A stretch of 39,625 nt of DNA from Escherichia phage nasanit. The notes under the pieces were generated by a model that did not search any database, had not been told where the DNA came from, and saw only the letters and a program-made list of their open reading frames with translations. Position 1 is the stretch's first letter. The number at the start of each line of letters is the position of its first letter. The stretch lies in sequence record PV245933.1. One strand, written 5' to 3'. Made by a program: the position numbers and the translations under genes. Positions 27,270 through 37,696 of the stretch are shown here, one piece after another.

Positions 27270-27860
27270 ATGCGTTCCTATGAAACAACCCTAGAGACAG
27301 GTGAAGAGTTGGCTGCTGTCAATGACATCTTGGCCTCTATCGGTGAACCACCAGTATCTACTCTGGAGGGTGACTCTAACGCCGATGTTGCCAACGCCCG
27401 TCGAGTTCTCAATAAGATTAACCGACAGATTCAGTCTAAGGGCTGGACGTTCAACATTGAGGAAGGTCAACAGTTGGTCCCCGATGTGTTCAACGGTCTG
27501 ATTCCATATATGTCAGACTACCTGTCTGTGCTCTCTCAAGGTGGTGCGACTGCTTACGTCAACCGTGGTGGTTACGTCTTTGACAGGACCACTGGCACCG
27601 ATGTGTTCCAGAACCCTATCACAGTGACCATCATCAAACTGAGAGAGTTCTATGAGATGCCTGAATGCTTCCGCTACTGGATTGTCACCAAGGCCGCTCG
27701 ACAGTTCAACAACCGATTCTTTGGTGCACCTGAGATTGATGCTGTGCTGGCTGAAGAAGAACAAGAAGCGAAGATGCAGTGTCATGAGTACGAACTGGAC
27801 TTCGGTAACTTCAACATGCTTGATGGTGATGCCTTCACTGGTGGTCTACTGTCTCGTTAA
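27270..27860 (+). CDS. 11: Tail tubular protein A, gp11
   Basis: 196 aa (same as T7 gp11); AAGGAGA SD. Confidence 0.93.
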   Translation: MRSYETTLETGEELAAVNDILASIGEPPVSTLEGDSNADVANARRVLNKINRQIQSKGWTFNIEEGQQLVPDVFNGLIPYMSDYLSVLSQGGATAYVNRGGYVFDRTTGTDVFQNPITVTIIKLREFYEMPECFRYWIVTKAARQFNNRFFGAPEIDAVLAEEEQEAKMQCHEYELDFGNFNMLDGDAFTGGLLSR

Positions 27861-27879
27861 TAACTTAAGGAGGTCTCTA

Positions 27880-30258
27880 ATGGCTCTTATTTCACAATCC
27901 GTCAAGAACCTGAAGGGCGGTATCAGTCAACAGCCGAACATCTTAAGGTTCCCCGAACAGGGTTCCGAACAGATTAACGGTTGGTCTTCGGAGACCGAGG
28001 GCTTACAGAAGCGTCCACCTTTTGTCTTCACTAAGACCATTGGAGACCAGAATGCCCTTGGTGCCAAGCCTCTCGTTCACCTCATCAACCGTGATAGTGT
28101 CGAACAGTATTACGTTGTGTTCACCGGACAGGGAGTACGAGTGTTTGACTTGAATGGCAAAGAGTACGCTGTGAAAGGTGACTTGTCGTATGTCAAAGTG
28201 GGAAACCCTCGTGATGACTTGAGGATGGTCACGGTAGCTGACTATACGTTTATCGTAAACCGTAACATGGTTGTCCGTGCTGATACGGCCCCGCTGTATA
28301 CACTCAAGGAGAATGGCGACTGTCTGATTAACGTTCGCGGTGGTCAGTATGGTCGAACCTTAGCATTCACCATTAATGGCGTAAGGATTGCATATGAGAT
28401 TGCCCGTGGTGATAAACCTGAGCACGTAAACGAAACTGACGCACAGTGGCTAGTTAAGAAACTTGCTGGCCTAGCTCGTGCACATGGTTCCTTTAAGGAC
28501 TGGAAGTTCAACGAAGGGCCGGGGTTCATCCATGTTATTGCTCCGGGTAACAGCCAGATTAACTCACTGTCCACTGAAGATGGTTACGCCAACCAGTTGA
28601 TGAACGCAGTAATGCACACCAGCCAGTCATTCAGTAAGTTGCCTCTTGAGGCTCCTAATGGATACACGGTGAAGATTGTTGGGGACACCTCTAAGACTTC
28701 TGATATGTTCTACGTTCAATATGACAACGTGAAGAAGGTGTGGAAAGAGGTTGCTGGATGGGGAGTACAGAAGGGACTCAATGGAGGCACTATGCCACAC
28801 GCATTGGTTCGCCAGTCTGATGGTTCCTTCCAGATGCAGGTGCTACCGTGGGCGCAACGAACTTGTGGTGACATGGATACTAACCCGACTCCATCCATCG
28901 TTGACCAGAAGATTAACGATGTGTTCTTCTTCCGTAACCGCTTAGGGTTCCTAGCTGGTGAGAACATTGTGATGTCTCGTACCTCCAAGTATTTCTCACT
29001 GTTCCCTGCGTCAGTGGCTAACCTGTCAGATGATGACCCGATTGATGTGGCTGTATCTCACAACCGTATCTCAATCCTGAAGTATGCCGTACCGTTCTCC
29101 GAAGAGTTGCTGCTATGGTCTGACCAAGCACAGTTCGTCCTGTCTGCTTCTGGCATCCTCTCACCGAAGTCTGTAGAGTTGAACCTTACGACTGAGTTCG
29201 ACGTGTCCGACCGTGCGCGCCCTTATGGTGTTGGTCGGGGCGTGTACTTTGCGTCACCCCGTGCTTCCTATACGTCACTCAACCGATACTATGCAGTACA
29301 GGACGTTAGCTCCGTTAAGTCCGCTGAAGATATGAGTGCTCACGTTCCAAGTTACATCCCCAATGGTGTGTTCTCTATCCGTGGCTCAGGTACTGAGAAC
29401 TTCATCTCCGTGCTATCTGCCAACGCTCCTAGTAAAATCTTCCTCTACAAGTTCCTCTACTTGAACGAAGAGATTGCTCAACAGTCATGGTCCCATTGGG
29501 AACTCGGAAGTAACGTAACGGTTCTGGCTTGTGACTCTATCGGCTCAACGATGTACCTTGTGTTGCGCAATCAGTCACACACTTGGATGTGCCGAGCACA
29601 CTTTACGAAGAACAGCATTGACTTCCCTGATGAGCCTTATCGTCTGTACATTGACAACAAGGTCAAGCATGTGATTCCTAAAGGTGCGTACAACGATGAC
29701 ACCTACACGACCACTATCAAGCCTGTGGACATCTACGGTATGAAGTATTGGACTGGTAGGTTCTACATTGTGTCCTCTGATGGTCTGGTCTCGTGGTTCG
29801 ACCCTCCGCGTGGTGGTTGGCCTAATGGCGTTCCTGTGCTGTCAATGAGTGGGAACCGAGAAGGCGAGACTATCTATATCGGAATGGCAATCAACTTCCG
29901 CTATGTGTTCTCTAAGTTCCTCATCAAGAAGACCGCCGACGATGGCTCTACAGCTACCGAGGATATTGGTCGCTTGCAGCTTCGCCGTGCATGGGTTAAC
30001 TATGAGGATTCTGGTGCATTCGTTGTGGAAGTTGAGAACACGTCACGTCTGTTCAGCTACGATATGGCAGGTGCCCGTTTGGGTTCCAATGCTCTACGTG
30101 CTGGTGGACTTAACGTTGGCACAGGCCAGTTCCGCTTCCCGGTCGTTGGCAACGCACAGTTGAATGAAGTCCGTATTATCTCTGACCACACCACACCACT
30201 GAACGTTATTGGTTGTGGATGGGAGGGTAACTACCTTCGTCGTTCTTCTGGTATCTAA
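27880..30258 (+). CDS. 12: Tail tubular protein B, gp12
   Basis: 792 aa from MALISQSVKNLKGGISQQP with AAGGAGG SD; C-terminal IGCGWEGNYLRRSSGI; track start 27652 rejected. Confidence 0.95.
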   Translation: MALISQSVKNLKGGISQQPNILRFPEQGSEQINGWSSETEGLQKRPPFVFTKTIGDQNALGAKPLVHLINRDSVEQYYVVFTGQGVRVFDLNGKEYAVKGDLSYVKVGNPRDDLRMVTVADYTFIVNRNMVVRADTAPLYTLKENGDCLINVRGGQYGRTLAFTINGVRIAYEIARGDKPEHVNETDAQWLVKKLAGLARAHGSFKDWKFNEGPGFIHVIAPGNSQINSLSTEDGYANQLMNAVMHTSQSFSKLPLEAPNGYTVKIVGDTSKTSDMFYVQYDNVKKVWKEVAGWGVQKGLNGGTMPHALVRQSDGSFQMQVLPWAQRTCGDMDTNPTPSIVDQKINDVFFFRNRLGFLAGENIVMSRTSKYFSLFPASVANLSDDDPIDVAVSHNRISILKYAVPFSEELLLWSDQAQFVLSASGILSPKSVELNLTTEFDVSDRARPYGVGRGVYFASPRASYTSLNRYYAVQDVSSVKSAEDMSAHVPSYIPNGVFSIRGSGTENFISVLSANAPSKIFLYKFLYLNEEIAQQSWSHWELGSNVTVLACDSIGSTMYLVLRNQSHTWMCRAHFTKNSIDFPDEPYRLYIDNKVKHVIPKGAYNDDTYTTTIKPVDIYGMKYWTGRFYIVSSDGLVSWFDPPRGGWPNGVPVLSMSGNREGETIYIGMAINFRYVFSKFLIKKTADDGSTATEDIGRLQLRRAWVNYEDSGAFVVEVENTSRLFSYDMAGARLGSNALRAGGLNVGTGQFRFPVVGNAQLNEVRIISDHTTPLNVIGCGWEGNYLRRSSGI

Positions 30259-30288
30259 AATTAGAAACACCCCGACTCAATAAGTGAA

Positions 30289-30311
30289 CAATACGACTCA
30301 CTATTGGGAAG
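30289..30311 (+). promoter_or_regulatory. Phage RNAP promoter (phi13 position)
   Basis: CAATACGACTCACTATTGGGAAG. Confidence 0.8.
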
Positions 30312-30339
30312 GGGGTTTATACTTAAAGGGAGAAACTCT

Positions 30340-30753
30340 ATGTTAATAATCAGACCTACCAAAGAATCCGACTTCGATAGATTCACTCCGTCACCTGAAG
30401 ACATCGCTGAGGCTCACGCTTATGGTATTGAACCAGCATTTCCACCAGCCAATGAGTGCGTCACTATGTCACTTCATGGTATGCCAGTGGCTATCGGTGG
30501 CAACTGTGGGGACCAAGTGTGGTTCGTAACGTCCGCTCGTGTGTGGAAACTAAGTATGAAGACCCGAAGAGAGTTCCGAAAGCTCATTCTGGAATATCGT
30601 GATACCATGCTCAAACAGTATCCGATTATCTGGAACTACGTTTGGGTCGGCAACAAGTCCCACATTAGGTTCTTGAAGTCTATCGGTGCGGTGTTCCATA
30701 ATGAGTTTACTGGTGACAGTAATCAATTCCAACTATTCACAATAGGAGGTTAA
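30340..30753 (+). CDS. 13: Internal virion protein A, gp13
   Basis: 137 aa from MLIIRPTKESD; T7 gp13 is 138 aa. Confidence 0.85.
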   Translation: MLIIRPTKESDFDRFTPSPEDIAEAHAYGIEPAFPPANECVTMSLHGMPVAIGGNCGDQVWFVTSARVWKLSMKTRREFRKLILEYRDTMLKQYPIIWNYVWVGNKSHIRFLKSIGAVFHNEFTGDSNQFQLFTIGG

Positions 30754-30755
30754 CT

Positions 30756-31361
30756 ATGTGCTGGATGGCTGCAATCCCTATCGCTATGCAAGGCGCTTCC
30801 ATGATTATGGGAGGTATGCAGGGTGAACAGGCAAAGGCCGCACAGATTGACCAAGGTCGTCGCCAAAGTTGGCAGATGGTAAAGGAGATGAATTATAACG
30901 ATGCTAATCTCAAGTTAGAATCGCGTGACCTCATTGACTCCACTGTACAGGAGATGACCCAAGCGAATATGAACCGTGTGAGAAACATGGGGACTATCCG
31001 AGCGGCAATCGGTGAAGGGATGCTTGAGGGTAACTCTATGGACCGCGTACAGCGCGTGACCGAGGGTGACTTCCTTCGAGAGTCTCAAGGTCTCACTGAG
31101 AACTACCAACGTGACTACAGTGTCATCTTAGGGAAGCGTTTAGCTAACCACGAGAACACAGTAAGTCAGATTAAAGAAATCAACAACTCTGAGCCACGGC
31201 TTAAAGGCAAGCTGGAACAAATTATCGACCCATTAGGCTTAGGCTTAACGAAGCTGGTTGATGTTGCAACCGATGGTAGTCCTCTAACCAATAAGTTAGG
31301 TAAGAAGGCCGCTGCTAAGGTCAAGGCTTCAGATGCCAAGTCAACAGGCCAAGGTAAATAA
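30756..31361 (+). CDS. 14: Internal virion protein B, gp14
   Basis: 201 aa; start MCWMAAIPIAMQGASMIMGGMQG. Confidence 0.9.
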   Translation: MCWMAAIPIAMQGASMIMGGMQGEQAKAAQIDQGRRQSWQMVKEMNYNDANLKLESRDLIDSTVQEMTQANMNRVRNMGTIRAAIGEGMLEGNSMDRVQRVTEGDFLRESQGLTENYQRDYSVILGKRLANHENTVSQIKEINNSEPRLKGKLEQIIDPLGLGLTKLVDVATDGSPLTNKLGKKAAAKVKASDAKSTGQGK

Positions 31362-31375
31362 AGGAGGTACAGTTT

Positions 31376-33655
31376 ATGAGTAAGTTAGCTCAAGCATTGG
31401 GTAACATGAACGCTCCGGCTACCAGTCGTCTGCGTGGCACTGGTCGTATGGAAGTTAAGGCCGCAACAGTATACGAAGACCCTAAGTATGCCGAGAAGTC
31501 AAAGCTGATTGGCACTGTAGGTAAACTTGCTGAGATGGGCGCAGATGCTTACATGAAGTATGACCAGTATCAGAAGGATAAAGCAGACGAACGCTCAAAC
31601 GAGATTATTCGTAAGCTGACTCCTGAACAACGCCGAGAGGCCATTAAGAATGGAACCCTATTATATCAGGATGACCCATATGCGATGGAAGCTCTTAAGA
31701 TTAAGACTGGTCGTAACGCTGCGTATCTCGTAGATGACGAAGTGGCACAGAAGGTGAAGAACGGTGAGTTCCGTACTCGTCAAGAGTTGGAAGAGTTCCG
31801 TCACAGCCGACTGCAAGAAGCCGCTAAGAACTATGCGGAACAGTTCGGTATCGACGAGACTGATGAGCACTATCAGAAAGGTTTCAACTCCGACATCACT
31901 GAACGTAACATCGCCCTCTATGGTGCTCATGATAACTTCCTGAGTGACCAAGCTAAGAAGGGCGCTGTCATCAACAGCCGAGTAGAGTTGAACTCTGTGT
32001 TGAACGACCCGGACACTCTGCGTTCTCCCTATGCTGGAGAGTTCTTTGAGAACTACTTCAGTGCCGGATTGACTACAGGAAGTATCCCTAGTGATGACCA
32101 AGCGTTCACCATGATTAGCCAAGGTCTGTCTGACGTGGTTAACCGTGAAGGTGGTGGTCAGTTCCTGAAACAGATTGAGAACCGTAAGGTGAAACTCCAC
32201 GGAAAAGAGACTACCTTCAAGGAACTGATGGGTTCCGAACAGTGGAACAATCTGATGGTTAAGGCTCAACATAATGAGTTCCAGTTGAATGCTAAGAAGA
32301 CCGAGGCGTTCCAACTTAATGTGAACTCTGCGTTGAACCAAGAGAACGTGAACACTGGCTGGGAACAGTTGCAGTCCATCAAGGCTGAACTGGACACACT
32401 GCAACCGGGCGAAGAGATGACACCTGAACGTCAGGCGTTAATCAATGCACAGACGCAGATGCAGGACAGGATGAAGCGGGAGACCGCTGAGTTAGCCAAG
32501 CAGATGGACAAGCAACAGAAGTCGATGAACAAGATGAACGTCATTGACGCACAGTTCCAGAAGCGGCTCAATGGTCAGTATGTGTCTACTGCGTATGGCG
32601 ATATGCCTACCAACGAGAACACTGGTGAGTTCACCCATAGTGACATGGTTAACTATGCGAACAAGAAGCTGGCTGACATTGACGCTATGGACATCCCTGA
32701 TGCACAGAAGGACCGCATGAAGTTGGACTACCTCAAAGCTGACTCCGAGAAGGGTGCTTTCCGTACTGCGGTTGGTGAACTGATTGGTGACGCTGAGAAG
32801 GAATGGACGTCTGCTGTGATTAACGGGAAGATGCCCGAAGATGGTGGAGTGGCACTTAATGCTCTTCGTCGTGTTCGTAATGCTGACCCTGAGTTATTCG
32901 CTGCACTCTATCCTGATAAAGCCGAGATGTTCCTCACGATGGACATGATGGACAACCAAGGGATTGACCCGCAAATCCTGCTGGATGCAGATAAGGCTCG
33001 ACAGTCTCTTACCAAAGAGATGCAGTACGAGGATGACAAGGCTTGGGCTTCGCTGAAGAACAACTCCGAGTCTCCCGAACTGTCCCGTATGCCAGCCACC
33101 TTGGACGCTGGTGCTCGTAAGATTTATGACTCTGTGAAGTACCGTACTGGCAATGCTGATATGGCGATGCAACAGGTCGATAAGTATCTCAAAGAGAACA
33201 CAACGACTCTCACTGGTGATGGTGTTGATGGTGATACCATTGGTGTCTTAACGAGAAACTCCCTGCGTGTGACCGATGACCCGGACTCTTGGAAACAAGG
33301 TAAGGACATTATCGACACAGCCGCTAAGAAACTCGCTGAGACGAACAAGTGGATTACCAACAAGCAACTTACTGTGTTTGAGCGCGGTGGCTCTATCTAC
33401 CTGATGGACACGACCGGACAGGTAAACATTCGGTATGACAAGCAGTTGCTCTCTAAGATGTATCAAGAGAACCAAGCGAAGCTGGATGAGGAAGCCCGTA
33501 ATAAGGCACTCAAAGATGCCAACAAGCGAACCCTACATACACGAGCTATGAACCGCAAGCGTGAACGTGAAGCTAAGAAGCCTAAACGCTCTGGCAGCAT
33601 GTACGATAGCGTAAGTGGCAAAGGTATTCTGGATACGCTGACTGGTAAAGACTAA
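31376..33655 (+). CDS. 15: Internal virion protein C, gp15
   Basis: 759 aa, largely alpha-helical; position and size as T7 gp15. Confidence 0.93.
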   Translation: MSKLAQALGNMNAPATSRLRGTGRMEVKAATVYEDPKYAEKSKLIGTVGKLAEMGADAYMKYDQYQKDKADERSNEIIRKLTPEQRREAIKNGTLLYQDDPYAMEALKIKTGRNAAYLVDDEVAQKVKNGEFRTRQELEEFRHSRLQEAAKNYAEQFGIDETDEHYQKGFNSDITERNIALYGAHDNFLSDQAKKGAVINSRVELNSVLNDPDTLRSPYAGEFFENYFSAGLTTGSIPSDDQAFTMISQGLSDVVNREGGGQFLKQIENRKVKLHGKETTFKELMGSEQWNNLMVKAQHNEFQLNAKKTEAFQLNVNSALNQENVNTGWEQLQSIKAELDTLQPGEEMTPERQALINAQTQMQDRMKRETAELAKQMDKQQKSMNKMNVIDAQFQKRLNGQYVSTAYGDMPTNENTGEFTHSDMVNYANKKLADIDAMDIPDAQKDRMKLDYLKADSEKGAFRTAVGELIGDAEKEWTSAVINGKMPEDGGVALNALRRVRNADPELFAALYPDKAEMFLTMDMMDNQGIDPQILLDADKARQSLTKEMQYEDDKAWASLKNNSESPELSRMPATLDAGARKIYDSVKYRTGNADMAMQQVDKYLKENTTTLTGDGVDGDTIGVLTRNSLRVTDDPDSWKQGKDIIDTAAKKLAETNKWITNKQLTVFERGGSIYLMDTTGQVNIRYDKQLLSKMYQENQAKLDEEARNKALKDANKRTLHTRAMNRKREREAKKPKRSGSMYDSVSGKGILDTLTGKD

Positions 33656-33678
33656 CAGACCACGATAGGAGGTTCCAA

Positions 33679-36600
33679 GTGGATAAGTATAACCCGAACG
33701 AACCGCATGAATATGATGCGTTATTTCAACAAGCTGCTGACACACATGGAGTCTCCTATGGCCTTCTTCGGAAGGTCGGTTGGGTAGAGTCCCGCTTTAA
33801 ACCTACGGCTCAATCACCAACAGGGCCGAGAGGTGTCATGCAGTTCACTAAGGCAACTGGTCAGGCTTATGGTCTCCAGAACGATGAGGACTTCACTGAC
33901 CCGGCTAAGTCCATTGATGCAGGTGCTCGTTACCTCGCAGACCTCGTTAAGAAGTACGATGGCGATGAACTTAAAGCTGCCCTAGCGTACAACCAAGGTG
34001 AAGGGCGTAATGGTAAGCCACAACTGGAAGCCTACGATTCTGGTAACTTTGCTGGCATCGGTGATGAAGGTCGTAACTATCTGCGTTCACTTCTGGATGT
34101 CGCTAAGTCTCCTAAGAGTGGGGACATTGAGTCATTCGGAGGTATCACCCCAAAGGCTAAAGGGATTCCGTTTGATGCTGCGATGAGTGGTATCGGGAAG
34201 AAAGGAAAGGTAACAACTGAACTCCCTGAGTCTCACGAAATGTCCTTTCAAGGTAAAGAACAGGCCGCTCCCAATCAGCCGTTCGGAAAAGATTATTGGG
34301 AAGCCAAAGGTACAACTCTTGACGAAGCAAACGAGCGTTCAACCTTCTTCGGATTTGGTAATGCTGCCGAAGCAGAACTCTCTAACTCAACCTTGGGTGT
34401 TGCCTTCCGTGCTGGTAAGCGTGACAATGGTTTCGATGTTCTTACTGACGTACTTCAGCCGACACGGTTTAATAGCCACATTTGGTCGCCTGAAGAACTC
34501 GAAAAGATTCGCAACGAAGTGAAGAACCCTGCGTACATGAACGTTGTACTTGGTGGTTCCGCTGAGAACCTTGACGAGCTAATCAAGTTAGCCAATGAGA
34601 ACTTCGAGTTGGACTCTAAGGCCGCTGATGCTGGACTTGGTGCAAAACTATCTGCTGGGATTATTGGTGCTGGTGTGGACCCTCTGACCTACGTTCCAAT
34701 CGCTGGGTCTGCGGCTAAGGGATTCAAACTGGTGAACAAGGCGTTGATGGTGGGTGCTCAAGCTGGTGCACTTAACGTTGCCTCCGAGGGTCTGCGTACA
34801 TCCGTTGCTGGTGGTGATGCTCACTATGCGGAAGCTGCTCTTGCTGGTATGCTGCTTGCTGGGGGACTCACTGCGGTTGCTGATGGTGTTGCTGCTGGTC
34901 TCCGTAAGTCTGGTGCTGAACAGATTGAGAACCCGTTTGCTGCTGCGCAGATGCGTTTTGAGGCTCGTGAGACTGCCCGTAACACTGGTGGATATGATGC
35001 AAGTCGTATGCCTCCGAGTGAAGACCGAGTGTTCTCACAGCACAACGGCGTTGAGTATGCACCTCTCGAAACTGAACCGGGTGCGGTAGTTCTGAAGGAC
35101 GGCTCAATCATTAGTGATACCAACTTGGCTAACCCAATGACTGCCAAAGAGTTTGCCGAAGTAGACCCTGAACGTGCTGCATGGGGCTTGCCTATGCGTG
35201 GCCTGAGTGAAATCGGTTTGAGAACTCTACGTTCTGAACATGCAGAAATCCGTGGACTAGCTAAGGACTTAGTGCGCTCACCTACAGGTATGGAGTCTGG
35301 CTCACATGGTAAGTTTGGGGCTACCGCCTCAGACATCAAAGAGCGCCTACACAGTAACAACCAGCGAACCTACAATGACCTCTATGGTGCAATGAAGGAA
35401 GCTATGGCTGACCCTGAGTGGTCTGTGGGTATGTTCAAGCAGGGTGCCCAAGGTGCTCGTCAGGAAATCTATCGTCGTGTTGCAATCGCTATTGAGCGTC
35501 CAGAACTTCAGGCCAACTTAACGAAGGCTGAACGTAAGGTAATGGACATCATGAAGGAACATTTCGACCTCAAGCGTGAGATGATGGAGAACCCGTCGAT
35601 GTTCGGCAACAAGGCAACTTCCATCTTCCCTAACAGTCGTCACAAAGGGACTTACGTTCCTCATGTGTACTCACGGGAAGCCAAGCAGTTGTACTCACAG
35701 GCTCTCGGTGGCTCTGATGGTTTACAGGAAGCAATCGCTGCAAGCTGGATGACCTCTTACCGTTCACGTCCAGAAGTTAAGACTCGTGTGGATGAGCATT
35801 TAGCGGAGACATTAGGTATCGACCCTAAAGCTGTTACCGAAGAGATGGTGATGAAACATGCCAGCGACAAGGCTTATGGTATTGCGAAGACAGATGAGTT
35901 CAACTCTTCAAGTGTCATCGACGATAACATTGAGGGTCTGGTAGGGATTGAGAATAACTCGTTCCTTGAAGCCCGTAACCTGTTCGATTCTGACATGCCA
36001 GTCACGCTCCCGAATGGACAACAGTTCTCTGTGAATGACCTCCGAGACTTCGATATGAAGCATGTGATGCCAGCATATGACCGCCGTGTTGACGGTGATA
36101 TTGCTATCATGGGTGGTACAGGAAAGACGACTGCTGAACTCAAGGATTACATTATGGCTCTCGATAAGAAGTCTGAAGGTAAAGGCACAATGAAAGGTGA
36201 AGTGGAAGCACTCAAGGATACCGTTAAGATTCTCACAGGCCGTGCTCGACGCAATCAGGATACTATGGGTGACACTATGGTCCGCGCTATGTCCGATATG
36301 TCCTTCTTTACGAAGAACGCATATATGGGCTTGCAGAACCTAACTGAAATCTCTGGTCTCTTGGCGAAAGGTAACACCCGTGCGATGCTTCATGGCATTC
36401 CCGCTCTGCGTGACCTAGCATTCCGCAACAAGCCAGTGTCCGGTAAGGAACTTAAGGAACTACACTCTATGGTGTTCGGTAAAGAGTTCGATGACTTAAT
36501 TAGACCGACCCGTCAGGACATCATTCAGCGACTCCGTGAATCTACGGATACACCTGATGTTGCCGCTAAGGTTGTTGGTACGGTTAAGCACACCACTCAA

Positions 36601-37626
36601 GAGTTGGCTGCTCGCTCTCCGTTCACTAAGTTCCTCAATGGTACTTCCAACTACATTCTGGACATGGCCCGTCAAGGTGTCATGGGAGATGTGGTAACTC
36701 ATGCCATTACTGGTAAGGGTGCCAACAAGTGGATTAAAGGAGACATGCTGAAATCTGCGAGTATCTCTAAGGAACAATGGGAAGGCATTCAGAACCTCAT
36801 CCGCGAGAACGTCACTCAAGGCGCTGACGGCAAGTACACCTTCAAGGACAAGCGCAAGCTGGCTAATGACCCTCGTGCTATGGACTTGTGGCGCTTAGCT
36901 GATAAGGTTGCCGATGAGACAATGCTGAGACCTCACAAGGTTTCACTTCAGGATTCCCATGCGTTTGGTGCTGCTGCCAAGCTGGTGCTTCAGTTTAAGT
37001 CGTTTGTCATCAAGTCGATGAACTCTAAGTTTATCCGCTCTGGTCACGAGGCTATGAAGAATCACCGAGCTATGGACATGGCGCTGACCTACGCAATCTC
37101 TGGAGGTATCGCTGGTTCCTACTACGTGGCACAGGCCCACTTGAAGGCTGCTGGTCTACCTAAAGAGCAACAGAAGGACTACTTGAAGAAAGCTCTGGAC
37201 CCTAAGATGATTGCCTATGCTGCTGCGTCCCGAAGTTCACACTTAGGTTCCCCGTTGAGTATCGCAAACTTCGCTATGGGTGCTGCTGGTTACGACCAAG
37301 GTCTCATGGTCCGCTCTACTATTCTCCCGAAAGGTGAGGACAAGCGGGAACGGAATAAGGCGGTAACTTCCCGTGACATGAGTGAATCCATTATGGGTGC
37401 TATTGGTGAACAGGTTCCTGCTCTTGGCTTCGCGGGTGCTGCTCTAGCTACTGGTCGAAATGCTTATGGTGTCCTTACGGCTCCAAACAAAGTGACCGAG
37501 CGTGAGATGATGACTGGCTTAATGAACGCCCACCGAGAGATGATTCCTAACGACCCAATCTCTCAACAGATGCTCATTAAGTTCTATGAGGCCAACGGTG
37601 TTCACATTAAGGCTGACAAGAAGTAA
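33679..37626 (+). CDS. 16: Internal virion protein D with N-terminal lytic transglycosylase domain, gp16
   Basis: 1315 aa; apparent GTG start after AGGAGG SD; SLT-like motif GWVESRF..GVMQFTKATG..AYNQGEG. Confidence 0.95.
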   Translation: MDKYNPNEPHEYDALFQQAADTHGVSYGLLRKVGWVESRFKPTAQSPTGPRGVMQFTKATGQAYGLQNDEDFTDPAKSIDAGARYLADLVKKYDGDELKAALAYNQGEGRNGKPQLEAYDSGNFAGIGDEGRNYLRSLLDVAKSPKSGDIESFGGITPKAKGIPFDAAMSGIGKKGKVTTELPESHEMSFQGKEQAAPNQPFGKDYWEAKGTTLDEANERSTFFGFGNAAEAELSNSTLGVAFRAGKRDNGFDVLTDVLQPTRFNSHIWSPEELEKIRNEVKNPAYMNVVLGGSAENLDELIKLANENFELDSKAADAGLGAKLSAGIIGAGVDPLTYVPIAGSAAKGFKLVNKALMVGAQAGALNVASEGLRTSVAGGDAHYAEAALAGMLLAGGLTAVADGVAAGLRKSGAEQIENPFAAAQMRFEARETARNTGGYDASRMPPSEDRVFSQHNGVEYAPLETEPGAVVLKDGSIISDTNLANPMTAKEFAEVDPERAAWGLPMRGLSEIGLRTLRSEHAEIRGLAKDLVRSPTGMESGSHGKFGATASDIKERLHSNNQRTYNDLYGAMKEAMADPEWSVGMFKQGAQGARQEIYRRVAIAIERPELQANLTKAERKVMDIMKEHFDLKREMMENPSMFGNKATSIFPNSRHKGTYVPHVYSREAKQLYSQALGGSDGLQEAIAASWMTSYRSRPEVKTRVDEHLAETLGIDPKAVTEEMVMKHASDKAYGIAKTDEFNSSSVIDDNIEGLVGIENNSFLEARNLFDSDMPVTLPNGQQFSVNDLRDFDMKHVMPAYDRRVDGDIAIMGGTGKTTAELKDYIMALDKKSEGKGTMKGEVEALKDTVKILTGRARRNQDTMGDTMVRAMSDMSFFTKNAYMGLQNLTEISGLLAKGNTRAMLHGIPALRDLAFRNKPVSGKELKELHSMVFGKEFDDLIRPTRQDIIQRLRESTDTPDVAAKVVGTVKHTTQELAARSPFTKFLNGTSNYILDMARQGVMGDVVTHAITGKGANKWIKGDMLKSASISKEQWEGIQNLIRENVTQGADGKYTFKDKRKLANDPRAMDLWRLADKVADETMLRPHKVSLQDSHAFGAAAKLVLQFKSFVIKSMNSKFIRSGHEAMKNHRAMDMALTYAISGGIAGSYYVAQAHLKAAGLPKEQQKDYLKKALDPKMIAYAAASRSSHLGSPLSIANFAMGAAGYDQGLMVRSTILPKGEDKRERNKAVTSRDMSESIMGAIGEQVPALGFAGAALATGRNAYGVLTAPNKVTEREMMTGLMNAHREMIPNDPISQQMLIKFYEANGVHIKADKK

Positions 37627-37649
37627 ACAATACGACTCACTATTGGGAA
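37627..37649 (+). promoter_or_regulatory. Phage RNAP promoter (phi17 position)
   Basis: CAATACGACTCACTATTGGGAAG followed by 5' hairpin GGGAAGG..CTTCCC. Confidence 0.8.
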
Positions 37650-37696
37650 GGCTCACATAGCTTCCCTCTATTTACCTAACCGAAAGGAGGCTACAG

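Noticed and set aside
27652-27879. N-terminal extension of the gp12 ORF (track start 27652)
   Set aside because: Would overlap gp11 in another frame; the conserved gp12 N-terminus MALISQSVKNLKGG starts at 27880 with a strong AAGGAGG SD.
31661-32404. 247-aa ORF on the minus strand
   Set aside because: Antisense to gp15; likely a chance open frame.
34824-35360. 178-aa ORF on the minus strand
   Set aside because: Antisense to gp16; no supporting signals.
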